A stretch of DNA of 63,973 nucleotides, counting the filler, from Octopus bimaculoides (Eukaryota), in NCBI RefSeq assembly GCF_001194135.2. It is 5 parts of 5 records of this genome, joined end to end, with 100 filler letters (N's around TTAATTAATTAA, not from the genome) between each part and the next. Parts side by side here need not be neighbours in the genome. Positions count along the whole stretch, not along the records: positions 1 to 23,938 come from NC_069000.1; 4 more parts are not named here. One strand, 5' to 3'. Numbering within the stretch: position 1 is the stretch's first letter; every line of letters begins with the position of its first letter. The translations under genes were made by a program, and so were the position numbers. Below are positions 12,201 to 23,730 of the stretch, piece after piece. The notes under the pieces are model-generated. The model was given only the letters and a program-made list of their open reading frames with translations. It was not told where the DNA came from and did not search any database.

Positions 12201-15200
12201 TGTTGATTATAAACACACAGAATATACTACATGTAATTCATCATGTTTGTCTACAAGAAAATATGAATGTAGGATTCCATCATATCTGCTAATAATAAAC
12301 TATAATAAATTGAGAGCCTTTATCCAACATGTATGACAAAGTAGCAAACAATAAAAACAATACATCAAAGTAGTAAGTATTCAGACGAAGATCTACAACA
12401 GAAGTTTTAAAAACTATTCAGGGTAGCTAGCCATCATACGTAATAATAATCAATAAGAGATATTGTTCTCAGAATAATTAACGAAGTTTATCATTAAGGA
12501 TAGTGTCATTGGCAAGATTATAACATAACTACATATCAAGTTGGCCAAAAACAAAGCCTTACAGTAACTAAAGTATGCTAAAAATAAATTTTGTTGATTC
12601 TCAGTGAAATTAGAAAAAAAAACCCATCAAGGTAGATACCTGCAGCATTCACACTCATCAGTTGTAATAAATTAAGGCCACCGATGTGAACAGCTTCCTT
12701 GACTGAGTTACGTTCTGCCTGGTTGAAGTGTGATGGCACTGTCACCACAATATCCTTGATAGTTTGTTCTGGAAAAATAAATAGATTCGTATTTTAGCAG
12801 ATCATTATCTGATGATTTCATCTAAAACAATTGTCCATTGTTGACCTGCATGTGACTAGCAAACCAAATCCTTTAGACACATACCCAAAGGCACTGCAAA
12901 GATGCAGTAGTCACAGCTGGTGTAAACAAAGAGGTTAACCCATGTTCTCTAACACTTGTGATTATCCTACATCAAATTTTCTTACGGAATATCAAGGTTT
13001 TTTTCATTCATAACACACGACTTAATTATCTCCAGCACAAGACTCCAGTTCTCTTGCATAGCTAGCATAATGCTTTAAACCTGTATTTAATATTGCATTC
13101 ATCTGGCTTTATTGGTGTCTAGAAAGTGCTCCATAGAGTGCTTGACAAGACAAGCATGAGCTATCAATGTGGTTCTCTAATCTCACTTGAAGTCCATTAT
13201 TAGAGGAGATATGTGAGCACAACTACGATATAGATTTTTATATATTTTCTGGCTCAGTACACAAGTTCAAAGACTCCCAGTGATTGGTTAGCTTTGCTAA
13301 TGTGTGCAACATATCCCCTTATTAAGAGAGCCATCAGAAAAAATGACACTTTCAAAATATCAGAAGTAGTTGATAACCTGCAGTTAGGTGTCCTCTATGC
13401 AAATATTGAAAGAGTATAGTGTTGTAGATGACCACTGTTTTGATGAGACTAATTATCAGTCCAAAGAGTTCACAGACCTCTGTAGATCTGTTGACAATGA
13501 CTTAGAGATCAGTATTGGAATGCACAAGACAGTCATCAACAAACACTTTAAGTAAGGGTCTCTTATGTACATTGGTATTTCCATTCAATTTCCAGAGGTT
13601 AAAGAGCAAGCCATCTATTATCTAAGACAAATTAAAACTACTGGTAACATAAAAGAAAAAAAAAAAAGGTTGAAAAGAAAAAGATCACATAGCTCTGCTT
13701 ATTTCTATTAAAGGTTGTGAAGGTTACTGTTGGAAAGACAGAGCTTTCCATGAAATCATCCTTATTTTGTTCAATGCAATTTTCTTGGATTTATCTCACA
13801 GTAGAAGCCACATCCTCAGTGTTGCACTTCCAACGGTAGGCTTTTGACACTAAGGCTACTAACAGTACTTCATACAAAGTGATTTAGCAGGTTTTGTGCC
13901 AGCAATGAACTGCAAGGATATTCCCCTGGTAGTTAAATACAGTCTATCTTGTTACTTTTGCTTTTGCAAAGAGAGATAGTAGCAGCTCTGAAGTCTTGTA
14001 ACATAAATTCTTCATTCCAATTGCTGTAGAATGCATTAAGAGACTCAGAGCTTGCTGCATTAACAAGTTCAATAAGGATGCCATCCATACTAGGTGCTTT
14101 CTCAGAATTAGTTTCAATGACTGCTTTCATAACCTCATATAAGATGGTCTAGGCTATCCTATCAACCTCTGATCAATCCTTTCCAAATTTGCAGGGTCTA
14201 CAGTGAAAAGTCTTAAGGATAGTGAAGAAGTATTCTCTCCAATGCTCTGTGACACCCTCCTTTGTCTTCAAGAATAGTAGTGCCATCATCTGCAAGTGGC
14301 ATAATGTTAAATTTGTGTGGTCTATAAACAGTTTTTAGTATATATATATACCCAGGCCTATTCCCCATTTTTTAGGAGGGGGTAACCACAACAAGACACA
14401 CCAAGCATTCCATTCATTTCCCAGCTCAAAGAGGCAAACCCCAGTCTATGCTTGGGTCAAAGCATAGAACGCAACCCCCAATATCAGCAGTGGGGTCTGA
14501 CAGCATATGCTGGTTTACCCCCATCACATCATGTCCCTTGAGCAACATCAAATTCACTCATCCGTCCACAAACACTCTCCAAGCTTTCCTATCATTTATA
14601 AACTCTCTTGCCTCTCTCACTCCAACACCTCTAACCACCAAAGCTTTCCTCACTCCATCCATCCACACAAACCGAGGTCTGCCTCTGGTTCTGCTACCTA
14701 CCACTTCTGCCTTCATCACCCTCCTTACCATCCGCTCCTCATCCATACTCTTCATGTGGTCAAACAACCTCAACATTCATCTATCCATTTTGCATTTTGG
14801 TTGTTAGATTTTCTCTCATTCCTGTTCACCTTCGCACCTCCTCATTCCTCATCCTGTCCATCTGTGTCACACCAACCATAATCCTCAAACACATCTAGTC
14901 ACCTTTCTGCCTCTCTCAGGCCTCATATAACATTGTCAGCATAATCACGCCATCATATTCCCTCACTCTGTATCCCACTTCCTCAGCCAACAACCCCACC
15001 AGTTTTTAAATGAATTAAAGGATTCTTTTGTATAGTTTGATTCTGCATTAACCTGATCCTTAACTGCCTTTCAGTGATAGATTGATAATGAGAAGACTTT
15101 AAATGTGTTTTTTAAATATTTTTTATGATACGTAAGAATATTCTGTTGTACGAAGTCTTCAGCATATTAAGTGCTCGTGATATATATGAGTTAGATTTTA

Positions 15201-18200
15201 CTCAAATAAGACCCAAACCCTCATTTCTTCATTAGTATATATTTAAATGCATTACACACAGAAAATGATGAGATGGTCACTGCTGGAATGCTTTTGATTA
15301 ACAGGTCTGTTTAATGAGGACAGACCTGGGTCTAAACATAATATACACACACTGATATCATGACAAATGAAGAGCAAAAGTGCAGTGCCAAATTATTTCC
15401 AAAACTGACACCATCTCACAATTGGACTATTTATAAAAAAATTTATTGCACAAACTTTTGCTTTTCCTATCACCATAGGTTGGAATATTTTTCCAACTCA
15501 TGTCAAATGTCTGACTATATAATTTTGCAGTTGGCAACCTATCTCAATGAAACAAACAGGAAAAGTACCTATTCTGTGAGAAAAGGACAGAAGCAAGTAC
15601 AAGAGCCACATCTAGGTAATTCTGGGAGGGTTCAGACTCCTGAATCAAGAGACCAGGGAAATATTTTATGAGACCTTTCATACCTAGAAAAGTATTGATC
15701 CTTCTCCTGGAGTTAAAGGTAATTCATTAAGAAACAGAAAAGTAAAATGTTTAGTCATCTAGTCTTCTTCCAGGTATTTAATTAAATAATTAGTTTGAAC
15801 TTAGCCCCACTGAGAGACTAACTTCATGCAAGTATATAATGACTTGCTAAGTTAAGGTTAATGATAGGCTAGACTGACATGATCTGGTTAACAATAATAT
15901 TTGTTGTAATGATCTCCTTATGGTGTCTCCATTACAAAAAGAATCACTTTGCACGAGATTAATCTGTAATTATTATCCAAGTATTTATTGTCCTTGCAGT
16001 GAGAATTAAAACAAGATTTCTTTCATAGAAATATTCTAAACTTCAAATTCAAAGAATTATGAAATGGAGTTATTGTAACATTCATGTTTATCCCAAGGAC
16101 ATTATTAACATAGATGATTCTACTGGAATTTAATAAGTGTAGGTTATAGATTTGCTAGCTAACACAGCACCTATGATTATTAGTAAGTTAGAAAAATTAA
16201 AATTTACATCACTGATAAAAAGAAAGTAAAAAACAAAATGTTAAATACCTGCAAAATTTTCTGCCAATTGTTTACAATACTCTAGCAGCATACCGAGAAG
16301 TTCTTCAGTACTGTAAGAAGTTTCCCTATACAAAATAAAAACAATAATTCAAGTTACAACCATTTAAGAGATGCTTTTTAAATGAGCAGACATGTAGATA
16401 ATGGGCAGTGGGTGAGCTGATTATAATTTTAAAATATCTATTTCAATGTGTTATTCAAGTAATGATGATGACTCCACTGAAATGCAAAATGTAAGTTTTA
16501 ATAGAGTAATGAAATACCTTACCAAAATCTACAAACATAGACATAATAGTGTTATATAATAGATGAACAGATAACATAGTAGGCATGGATACACAATGTT
16601 ACAATTTAAATAACCAAACTAGTACTAGACGTTTCTCACAGTAGGAAGGATGACATTCTGACAGCTGATCACTATCAAAATCATTTGGTAACAGATTTGT
16701 GTTAAATCTAATATTTGCACAATACTGAATATTTGCATGGTCAGCATAATTCTCACCTTGTGTACAGTTAATACACAAATTAAGGAAATGTGAAGTAGCA
16801 GAAGTGACAGAATGCAGGTGGTTGTAATTTAGCCCCAGGCTCTGACTGAGCAGACTGTGATCAAAGATAGTCTAGTTATAACCATGTTTTTCTTCTTTTT
16901 TTTTAAGATATCTTGGAATACTTTATCCAATGTGTCCTTTTAGCTTTATATTTTGATCCAAATTTCACTGAAATCCACTTTACTTTCAATTCCTTTTGAA
17001 TCAGTAAAAGAAGTAGCAGTTAAGTATTGAGGTAAATTATATACATTTCAATTCCTCCATAAAATTAACAAATAAATGCTTGAAAACTTCTCAGCATCAA
17101 CTAGAGTTGCTCAAGCTATGCTAAGATTATTCTGTTAGAGAAATCAATGTCAACAATAAAGGAGTACATTTAGAACTAAATGAAATTGTTTCAAGTGACA
17201 AAAAAACACTTCAGATGAATAAATTTGGAAAACACTGAATTTTACAAAATGTATAGATAAGCACTAGATTACAAACCAACCAAGCTTATAGCACATTGAT
17301 GAAACGAATATTAAAACAATGACAAATACACACACCAAAAAAAAACAAAACAAAACTGAACACTTACTCATCTACTTTGAAGATAACAGTACTTCTTTCT
17401 TCATCTTTAACTAGCGTATAGAAAGGGAACCGTTCCTGATAAAGCTTCACAGCAGGGTCATCAAATTGTTTCCCAACAATGTCCATTAAGTAAATATAAG
17501 CATTTACAGGCATTTTTACTCGCTACAAAAAAGAAAAAAAAGTGTTAAAGTCAGGTCATTGAAATTTCAGATAGATATTTTATTTTTATAAATAAGATAT
17601 CAAGCTTTTAAAAGGGCGCATAATACTGTAGTTATTTTCTATTCTCTGTTTATCTTATAGACAAGTTTCTACTTCAATTTTAATTTCTTTGGCATTGTAA
17701 GGTTAAGGTTTTGATAAATAGACTACATGATAATGTATTTCAGACCTTGTTGCCTTTATATACTTGTATTTTTTAGCTCTCCTGCCACATTTATCCTGCA
17801 AATATCCAATATGGGAATCAGTCACATCAAAGTTCATGTTCTGATGGATATTTTTTTTTAAATAACAATAAAAAGACACACTCAGTTCTGTGTAGTAATT
17901 ATGAAAACTAGTAAAAAAAACTTCCTTGTTATTAGGAAAGGTTTTATATATAAGCTGGTTAACACTGCCTACAACAGTTATATCAAATATGAAGAGATAA
18001 TATAACAGGAAGCCATAATGAAAGAAATGTAGAACTATAAAAATAAAACTATAAATGAAGAACTATAGAAACAAGTGTTTTGAGGCCATTTTCACTGCTA
18101 AAGCAGGGTTTAAGTTTGTGAGACTCATGAAAGCTTTCTCCATTTTGGTCTGCCTGCCATCTCCCAGCAATCCCCTTATCCTCATTTCCTCTTCCATCAT

Positions 18201-21200
18201 CATTGGCTACATCTTTCTCAATCTTTAATTGCATTCCACATTTATTTCCATTAGTCCTCTCACTCAGTCACTCTCCTCTTTCTTCAGCCTTCTCACCCCA
18301 TTTCTCTTCACAACATCCACTTAAGTGCAGCTGCCACACTACTACACTTTCAATAAACAAACCAAGAATACATTGTGTATTTACTGAAGTTTACTCTAAC
18401 AGTCATTCTGCACACAGTCACTTACAGCTACTTTCTACTTCACCACATACTTCTTCTTACCTTTTACCTCCATATCTTTCTATTCCATCCATCCCTATTG
18501 TCTGCTATTACTACCAGATCCTGTGTACAGCAACTCTCATGGTAAACCTTTTATATTCATGTCAACATCTCTGTCACGACTACAGAGTAGAAGGCTTAAA
18601 ACAGAACCTTGATGCATTCCAAACTCTTCACTTGTTCTTGTCCTTCATCCTTACAACTGAGTGCTTTCTCTCTTATAACCACATCATTAATGTTAGCTAA
18701 CCATTCCTCCACACTTAACTATCTCAATGCCCATGTCATCACTTCACAAGGAATCCTTTAGTTGTCATCTCATTTCCTCCTGACATTTAACGACCTTTTC
18801 AAATCTCCACCTTCCCCTAATTCTATCTGGATCCACAACAATTTGCTCTACTCCATCTTTCAAAAGAATCTTTAGGTTTTCACAATTATATTTGTGCATT
18901 GTTGCTTTTAACCTGAAATCACTGAACTAATCAACAGAAGGTCATTATCAAACCTATAATGTATTGGAACAGTCAAAATTTAGCTTCTACACTTCTTGGT
19001 CTGGTTAATCCCCAAACTCACAAAGTTCACACAGTTCTCAGCAAGAGAGAATACATGAAAGTCAAAAGCAGGATCTTACTGTTGATAAAGCCATATCAGA
19101 AAACTGCCTGTCTCCTCCTTTAAAGGCAATAACCGTTGGAGTTCTTCTTTTGGATTCTCTGTAAGAAAAACATTTACAAATAACTATGAAAAATGATTAG
19201 TCAGAAAAGTATGCAACAAGAAAATAATTCAAAGAATTTAAAGAAAAAATATATATAATAAAATTATTAAGTGTATTTATGATAGTAATTTAGTTTGTTT
19301 ATAAGTCATTAAAAAAAAAATGGCCTTACAGATTTAATACTATTTCCATGGGTACTCCTGGCTGAAACAAAAAAGAAAATAGATTTCAAATTGAAATTAT
19401 AAATATGTGCATGAGAGTGAACAACAAATCGACACAGAAAGAAAAATGTAGACAATAGATAACACACACATAGTGAAAGCTACACACAAAGTGAGAAGGA
19501 AAAAAAGGGGAATAAGGGAGAAAAAGAATATCATAGCTGAAAAGAAGTAACATATCTATAAAAGAAAAGCAAGAGTTTATAGTGGTGTTTGCTTAACAAT
19601 AATGATTTTCACACAGGTGATTTGGTGGGAATTGATATACATGGACTATAATATGGATAAAAATATCATCTGATAATAAATATCACCATGTATAAAAATA
19701 AAGGAGCTAATTTCACAAAAAAAAATATTATGTATAAAATTATAGACTGACCCATGCAAGCATGGAAAAGTCAACATGTAAATGAAGATTACAATACAAA
19801 AAAAAAAAGAAACACTTGATATCCACCAAGTCACCAGTGTGAAAATCTTTAAGTAATCAATACAATAAATCCTTGCTTTATTTTATAAATTACATTACTT
19901 CTTTTTAGCTATTGTATTCTTTTTCTCCCATACTCTCATTTTTCCTTCTCACATTGTGTTATCTTTTGTCTACATCTTCATATATATATGTATATATATT
20001 AGCAAAACCTGTTTTCTAGCCATACCTTTACGATTCCAATCTTCATGAAATGGGAGCCCAGATCTACAGACATCACAGCAAAGCTCTCTATAAAAGAAGG
20101 AAAATCAAATTTTGTCACTAGTTTAACAAAAAAAAAGAAATTATTTTAAAAATGGATTAATAACCAATATGAACCAGGTTTTTGCTTAACAAGTATAGCT
20201 TTAAAAATGTCTCCACTGAGTGACTTGATTACAGAACTGATTTCACATCTAAAACCTGAGCATTACTGTATAGTGATATATATTAATATATAGTAATACA
20301 AGTGATATATTATCTGTAGAAGACATTTAACTGTCAATGTCTGTAGCAGACACTTAACCTTTCAATGGATAGATGTAAATAGGTAAGTAGCATATGAGGT
20401 ATAGTACATTACTGCCAACAGCTTATAGTACTGAAATGAAATCCTTCCATATTGAAACCATCAAATAAACTGGTGTACTAACAAGAATAGCAATACATCC
20501 CTCTAAGCAACTTTATATATGAAAAATAGAGATGAAATGCTTCACATAACAAAAAAAGAAACAAATGTAAGAAAGAAAAACAAACTGAAAATCTCAGTGT
20601 AGTAAATTTTATATGACCACAAGTGACACCAACACTAAAGTTATTATTGAAAGTTAGAAAGAAATTGCTCAGCCCAGATCACTAATCCAATACACCAATG
20701 ATCAAACACCTAACAGTGACTACCATAACTATTTGTCTTCATACAGTATATCTAGAATGATATTATGAAGTGTTTTTTCCTATTTAAAGATGGTAGGATA
20801 TGATTTAAGGGATGCTATTTCTAGCACGCTGATCAATCATGAAGAAGCTCCCTTGTTGACTCAAGGGTGAAATTGCTTAGTTTGATACTTAGTTTGTCGT
20901 TGTCCTGTCAGAATTGACTGTATCTGACTTCCACTAGGATTCAATAATTGAAATTATTATTCATAAAAGAAAGACTCTTGCACCTAAGTGAAACATCTCT
21001 ATATTAATATGCTAAGTCCAAATGCATTACGCTATCACATGGTTAGTTGAAGGGAAAGGTGAAGAGCAAGAGAAAAAGAGAGAGAGAGAGAGAGAGAGGT
21101 GTTTAACAACATGAGGTAGGGGGAAAGTAATAGTTATAATGTGGTTAAAAAGTTAGTTGAAGGGAGAGATATAGAGAAATAGTTAGAAATTCAATATTTA

Positions 21201-23281
21201 GCAGGGGGGGGGTGATGTTCTGGCAGTGAGATTAAAGAAATGCCCTCTCTCTCAGAGGGGAGGGCAGTTATATTAAGAGTGGAATGCAGACAAAGTGAGA
21301 GTAGTGATGCTATGCCAGCCAATGTCATTGCGCTGTCACGTGTTTAGTGGACATGAGAGGTGAAGAGAAAGAGAGGAATGAGGACATGAAGAGTGGAATG
21401 ACATGGTTAAAAAGTTTATTGAAGTTAGAGGTAGAGAGAAAAAGAGAGAGAAAAATATAAAGTACTTAGCAGAAGGAAATTTTAAACATTATATATTATT
21501 GTGACTGACAAGAAAATAACATTATAATATTTAATTTTTTTATATCTTCTCTCAGTTACTCAATTATCTGTCTATTCACATTGATAAATACATCATTGAA
21601 TAGACGGTAGAAAGAAGGCTTATAGTAGATATAATAAAAAACTTATAGATCAATGAAAATGAAATAGCTTAGCAAAATAGTTATGAATATTATTTCTTTT
21701 TTAAATATTTTTTTTTAAATTATCTGAACTTTGTATTGTCAGACTAGTTAGATACAATGAACGGCAAGAAAAGTGGATATAAACAAACAACTGAACTGAA
21801 ATGAAATGAAAATAATCTTGGTTGAGAAACAACTTAGACTGAACTTTGTTATTGAAAACTATAATGGTGGTGGTGGTGATGAGAAAGGTGATGGAAGTGG
21901 CAGTGATGAGTGGCTAGTGAAAATGTATTTATTTTTTTATTTAAAATACATTTTTTATATCGCCTATCACTTAATGCATGTGCATAAGTGCAATCATTTA
22001 TCAACTGCTAACTTGAACATTGATATTTGTTTATAAAATATGGATCACAGATGATGTAAGCTAATAAGAGAAAGAATGAGATGGTATAGGTAATGATGTA
22101 AAGAGAAGCAGTGGGTTGAATCACTAGGACAAGCATGTGAGCAGCAGTGTATAGGAAGAAAAAATATCAAAGAGAATACAGTTAGTATTTACAACAGATA
22201 AGAGAATATGTTCAAGATAGAATAGAAAATGAAAGAGAATGTCAGAAAGACTGTAAACATATGGTTAAAAGTTACAACATTGGTAACATGAATATCCTCT
22301 GTAATCATTTGTGAAGCTCAGATTTATAACTGAACCTCTGAACTGCTGAAAGATTGGGAAAGTTATGCTCCCTAAATTACAACCTTATCCAGAAGAACTG
22401 AAAGGTTTTCTTAATGTAAATAGTGCAGAATATACAATTTCAAAAGAAACACTAAGTTTTATTATTCTATATAAACTTGCAATCATCTAAAAAAATTTGT
22501 ATTTATTGTGGGATTTCCACAGGTAGTGTTAGTTATTGTTATTGAAAACAGTTTAAGAAAAGACTGCAATATTGTGTAATGGTACTTTTTAAAAAATGAT
22601 GGATTTAGCAGGCAAATTTTCAAACTGAATTGCAGGACTTTTCACCATGTTTAACTATATTTGCTTCAGCTATACATGTTAGAAAATAAAAAAATGATTC
22701 TATTGAAGTAATAGACTAATATCCTACTGACTGCCATCTGTTTTACATAAGCACAACTAAAGAGAACTGATACTACAAGTCATCACATTTTAAGCTAAGA
22801 TCCAAGTGAGCTACTTTTTCAAGTAATTCACTCTATCTTGCCTTTCTGGTATTTTCTAAAACAAATATGGTAGATCAAGATCCAGAATACAGAATCATTT
22901 GGAAAAGCTTGGAGAGTGCTTGTGGACGGATGAGTGAATTTTGATGTTGCTCAAAGGGGTACGGAACCAGCATGATGCGGCAGGGGTAAACCAGCATGTG
23001 CTGTTGGACCCTGCTGTCGTTATCAGGGGTTGCGTTCTATGCCTTGACCCAAGCATAGGACAGGGCTTGCCTTTTTGAGCTGGGAAATGAATGGAATGCT
23101 TAGTGTGTGTGTTGTTGTGGCTACCTGCTCCTAAAAAAAAAGGGGGGAATAGGCCTGGGTATATACAAAACAAATAATTCCCAAAAGAATTAGGTTGAGA
23201 TATTTTACCTGACAATTTAACTTGAGTGGAAACAAACAAAACTGCTATTAGCAGGGTGGATGCAAACTGTTGCCATGACAT
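2058..23281 (-). CDS. HYOU1: Hypoxia up-regulated protein 1 / Grp170 (ER Hsp70-family chaperone and nucleotide-exchange factor), 5'-part, 12 coding exons, 3'-partial
   Basis: Manual splicing join(23281-23209, 20087-20026, 19361-19330, 19158-19080, 17522-17368, 16325-16249, 12768-12640, 10314-10210, 5207-5138, 3715-3394, 3304-3222, 2190-2058). All introns are GT-AG, all phases are compatible, total 1320 nt = 440 aa with no stop: [64 protein letters not shown]...[15 protein letters not shown]...[12 protein letters not shown]...[12 protein letters not shown]...[13 protein letters not shown]...[17 protein letters not shown]...[14 protein letters not shown]...[33 protein letters not shown] signal peptide plus [19 protein letters not shown] and [14 protein letters not shown] are characteristic of Grp170/HYOU1 rather than BiP or Hsp110. 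Confidence 0.95.
3222..3304 (-). CDS. HYOU1: HYOU1 coding exon 11 ([27 protein letters not shown])
   Basis: Acceptor ctaattgtag after an 89-nt intron, donor gtaagt; adenosine-binding GG.TRIP motif; phase 0 to 2. Confidence 0.93.
3394..3715 (-). CDS. HYOU1: HYOU1 coding exon 10 ([13 protein letters not shown]...[11 protein letters not shown])
   Basis: Contains supplied ORF 3364-3687; acceptor ttcttttccag, donor gtaaga; [19 protein letters not shown]; phase 2 to 0. Confidence 0.95.
3950..4215 (-). mobile_element. RTE LINE 3'-UTR-type fragment
   Basis: catcatcatcgtttaa...catggg...ctggatgcccttcctaa..caaccact; same 3' end as 12000-12160 and 23731-23938, with an internal duplicated ctggatgcccttcc block. 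Confidence 0.7.
5138..5207 (-). CDS. HYOU1: HYOU1 coding exon 9 ([24 protein letters not shown])
   Basis: Acceptor ttattttccag, donor gtaagt; PQL.I.GV motif; phase 1 to 2. Confidence 0.9.
5688..5910 (+). mobile_element. tRNA-derived SINE (family A)
   Basis: A-box-like gagctggcagaatcattagc, B-box gagttcaaattcc, body ...aagtaccagt...ggccttgtgccta, tail gtagaaataatgatt; homologous to 27910-28125 and 55899-56348. Confidence 0.85.
6255..6800 (-). mobile_element. RTE LINE 3' fragment (ORF2 C-terminus plus 3' UTR), decayed
   Basis: Minus-strand translation [49 protein letters not shown], the RTE RxRWxGH...GRP motif, followed by the same UTR as 12000-12160. Confidence 0.8.
7311..9441 (+). mobile_element. 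Decayed piggyBac DNA transposon in the HYOU1 intron between 10210 and 5207
   Basis: Right end ...cacaacaGGG followed by TTAA (9442-9445). Subterminal gtaccatggggg/gggatcaaact motifs at 7346-7372, 7516-7540 and 9382-9406. The left boundary is approximate. Confidence 0.88.
7603..9280 (+). pseudogene. piggyBac transposase pseudogene (frameshifts and stops)
   Basis: Acidic N-terminus ([27 protein letters not shown]), [49 protein letters not shown] (first catalytic Asp), [10 protein letters not shown] (second Asp), [31 protein letters not shown] (third Asp appears as Asn), C-terminal Cys-rich [22 protein letters not shown]. Confidence 0.9.
10210..10314 (-). CDS. HYOU1: HYOU1 coding exon 8 ([35 protein letters not shown])
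   Basis: Acceptor ccatttgtag, donor gtgagt; phosphate-2 loop DMGASST; phase 1 to 1. Confidence 0.93.
10558..12160 (+). mobile_element. 5'-truncated RTE-clade LINE (RT C-half, Cys-rich insert, 3' UTR, (GAT)n tail), antisense to HYOU1
   Basis: ORF 10558-11040 has [13 protein letters not shown] and ELLYADDL (RT motifs); after a frameshift come FRYLGD and RIRIAW..LYDACV..ETW..QERRLRWYGH-like..GRGRSRKTW, with stop at about 11612-11614. The 3' UTR has ~55-60 bp internal tandem units (11765-12000) and ends ttaaacgatgatgatgatgac. Confidence 0.92.
12640..12768 (-). CDS. HYOU1: HYOU1 coding exon 7 ([43 protein letters not shown])
   Basis: Acceptor ttatttttccag, donor gtatct; Hsp70 VITVP.YFNQAER-like motif; phase 1 to 1. 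Confidence 0.93.
13050..14300 (-). mobile_element. Highly decayed RTE/BovB-like LINE RT fragment
   Basis: ORF 13933-14130 reads [40 protein letters not shown], followed by GISLQFIAG (KAPGxDGIP...DCxNYRGISLLS motif). Boundaries are approximate. Confidence 0.65.
14351..14990 (-). mobile_element. RTE-type LINE 3' end (second subfamily) with (TA)n tail
   Basis: ORF 14558-14776 [42 protein letters not shown]; its 3' UTR matches 22901-23165 in inverted orientation. Confidence 0.8.
16249..16325 (-). CDS. HYOU1: HYOU1 coding exon 6 ([25 protein letters not shown])
   Basis: Acceptor ttattttgtatag, donor gtattt; EELLGML motif; phase 2 to 1. Confidence 0.92.
17368..17522 (-). CDS. HYOU1: HYOU1 coding exon 5 ([51 protein letters not shown])
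   Basis: Acceptor ttttgtag, donor gtaagt; RFP.Y...DEER.TV.F motif; phase 0 to 2. Confidence 0.92.
18090..18900 (-). mobile_element. Very decayed LINE-like remnant
   Basis: Weak minus-strand similarity such as [17 protein letters not shown], resembling the LINE I..RW.E linker. Boundaries and clade are uncertain. Confidence 0.3.
19080..19158 (-). CDS. HYOU1: HYOU1 coding exon 4 ([26 protein letters not shown])
   Basis: Acceptor tttttcttacag, donor gtaaga; phase 2 to 0. Confidence 0.92.
19330..19361 (-). CDS. HYOU1: HYOU1 coding exon 3, 32 nt ([10 protein letters not shown])
   Basis: Acceptor ttttgtttcag, donor gtaagg; exact Grp170 motif; phase 0 to 2. Confidence 0.93.
20026..20087 (-). CDS. 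HYOU1: HYOU1 coding exon 2 ([21 protein letters not shown])
   Basis: Acceptor cttttatag, donor gtatgg; Hsp70 phosphate-1 loop DLGS; phase 1 to 0. Confidence 0.93.
22901..23165 (+). mobile_element. 3'-UTR fragment of the same RTE subfamily as 14351-14990
   Basis: Reverse complement aligns by eye with 14351-14590 (cccaggcctattcccc..aagcattccattcatttcccagctcaaa..ctatgcttgggtcaa..gagcaacatcaaa(a)ttcactcatccgtccacaa.cactctccaagcttt). Confidence 0.85.
23209..23281 (-). CDS. HYOU1: HYOU1 first coding exon (signal peptide); exon extends 5' to 23299 as 18 nt of UTR
   Basis: ATG at 23281 encodes [24 protein letters not shown]+g. Donor gtaaaat at 23208. Upstream acceptor tctcttcatttcag ends at 23300, so a non-coding exon lies further 5'. 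Confidence 0.85.
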
Positions 23282-23730
23282 GATGGAGGTGAGTTGGTTC
23301 TGAAATGAAGAGAAACAGACATTAACTTAGAGACACCAGTAAATCTTTGATGTTAATTCATTTGTTTGTTCAGTTTTAATTTCCTACCCTTTGGCATTCA
23401 GATTAGTCTTTCACATGTAATGTTTATTATTTAGTGTTTTGAATTCATCATGCATTATCTTGTAATTTCAAGATTGCAATGATGTGATTGTATGAATCTT
23501 GCTGAGATACATTTTCTACAACTGGATGCTATTCCAGTCTACCAACCCTTACCTTTTTCCAAGTAAGCTATTTTTTCATTCTACTAGTACCATACAGGTA
23601 AGGTACATTTTCATTCCACTAGAAACAAGACTTTTTGATTATTAGAGATTGTAAACAACCGTTTTCACTCAAATGATGTTAATGAAAACATAAGAAATGA
23701 TATCTTCAACAAACACATTTATATGTATAT

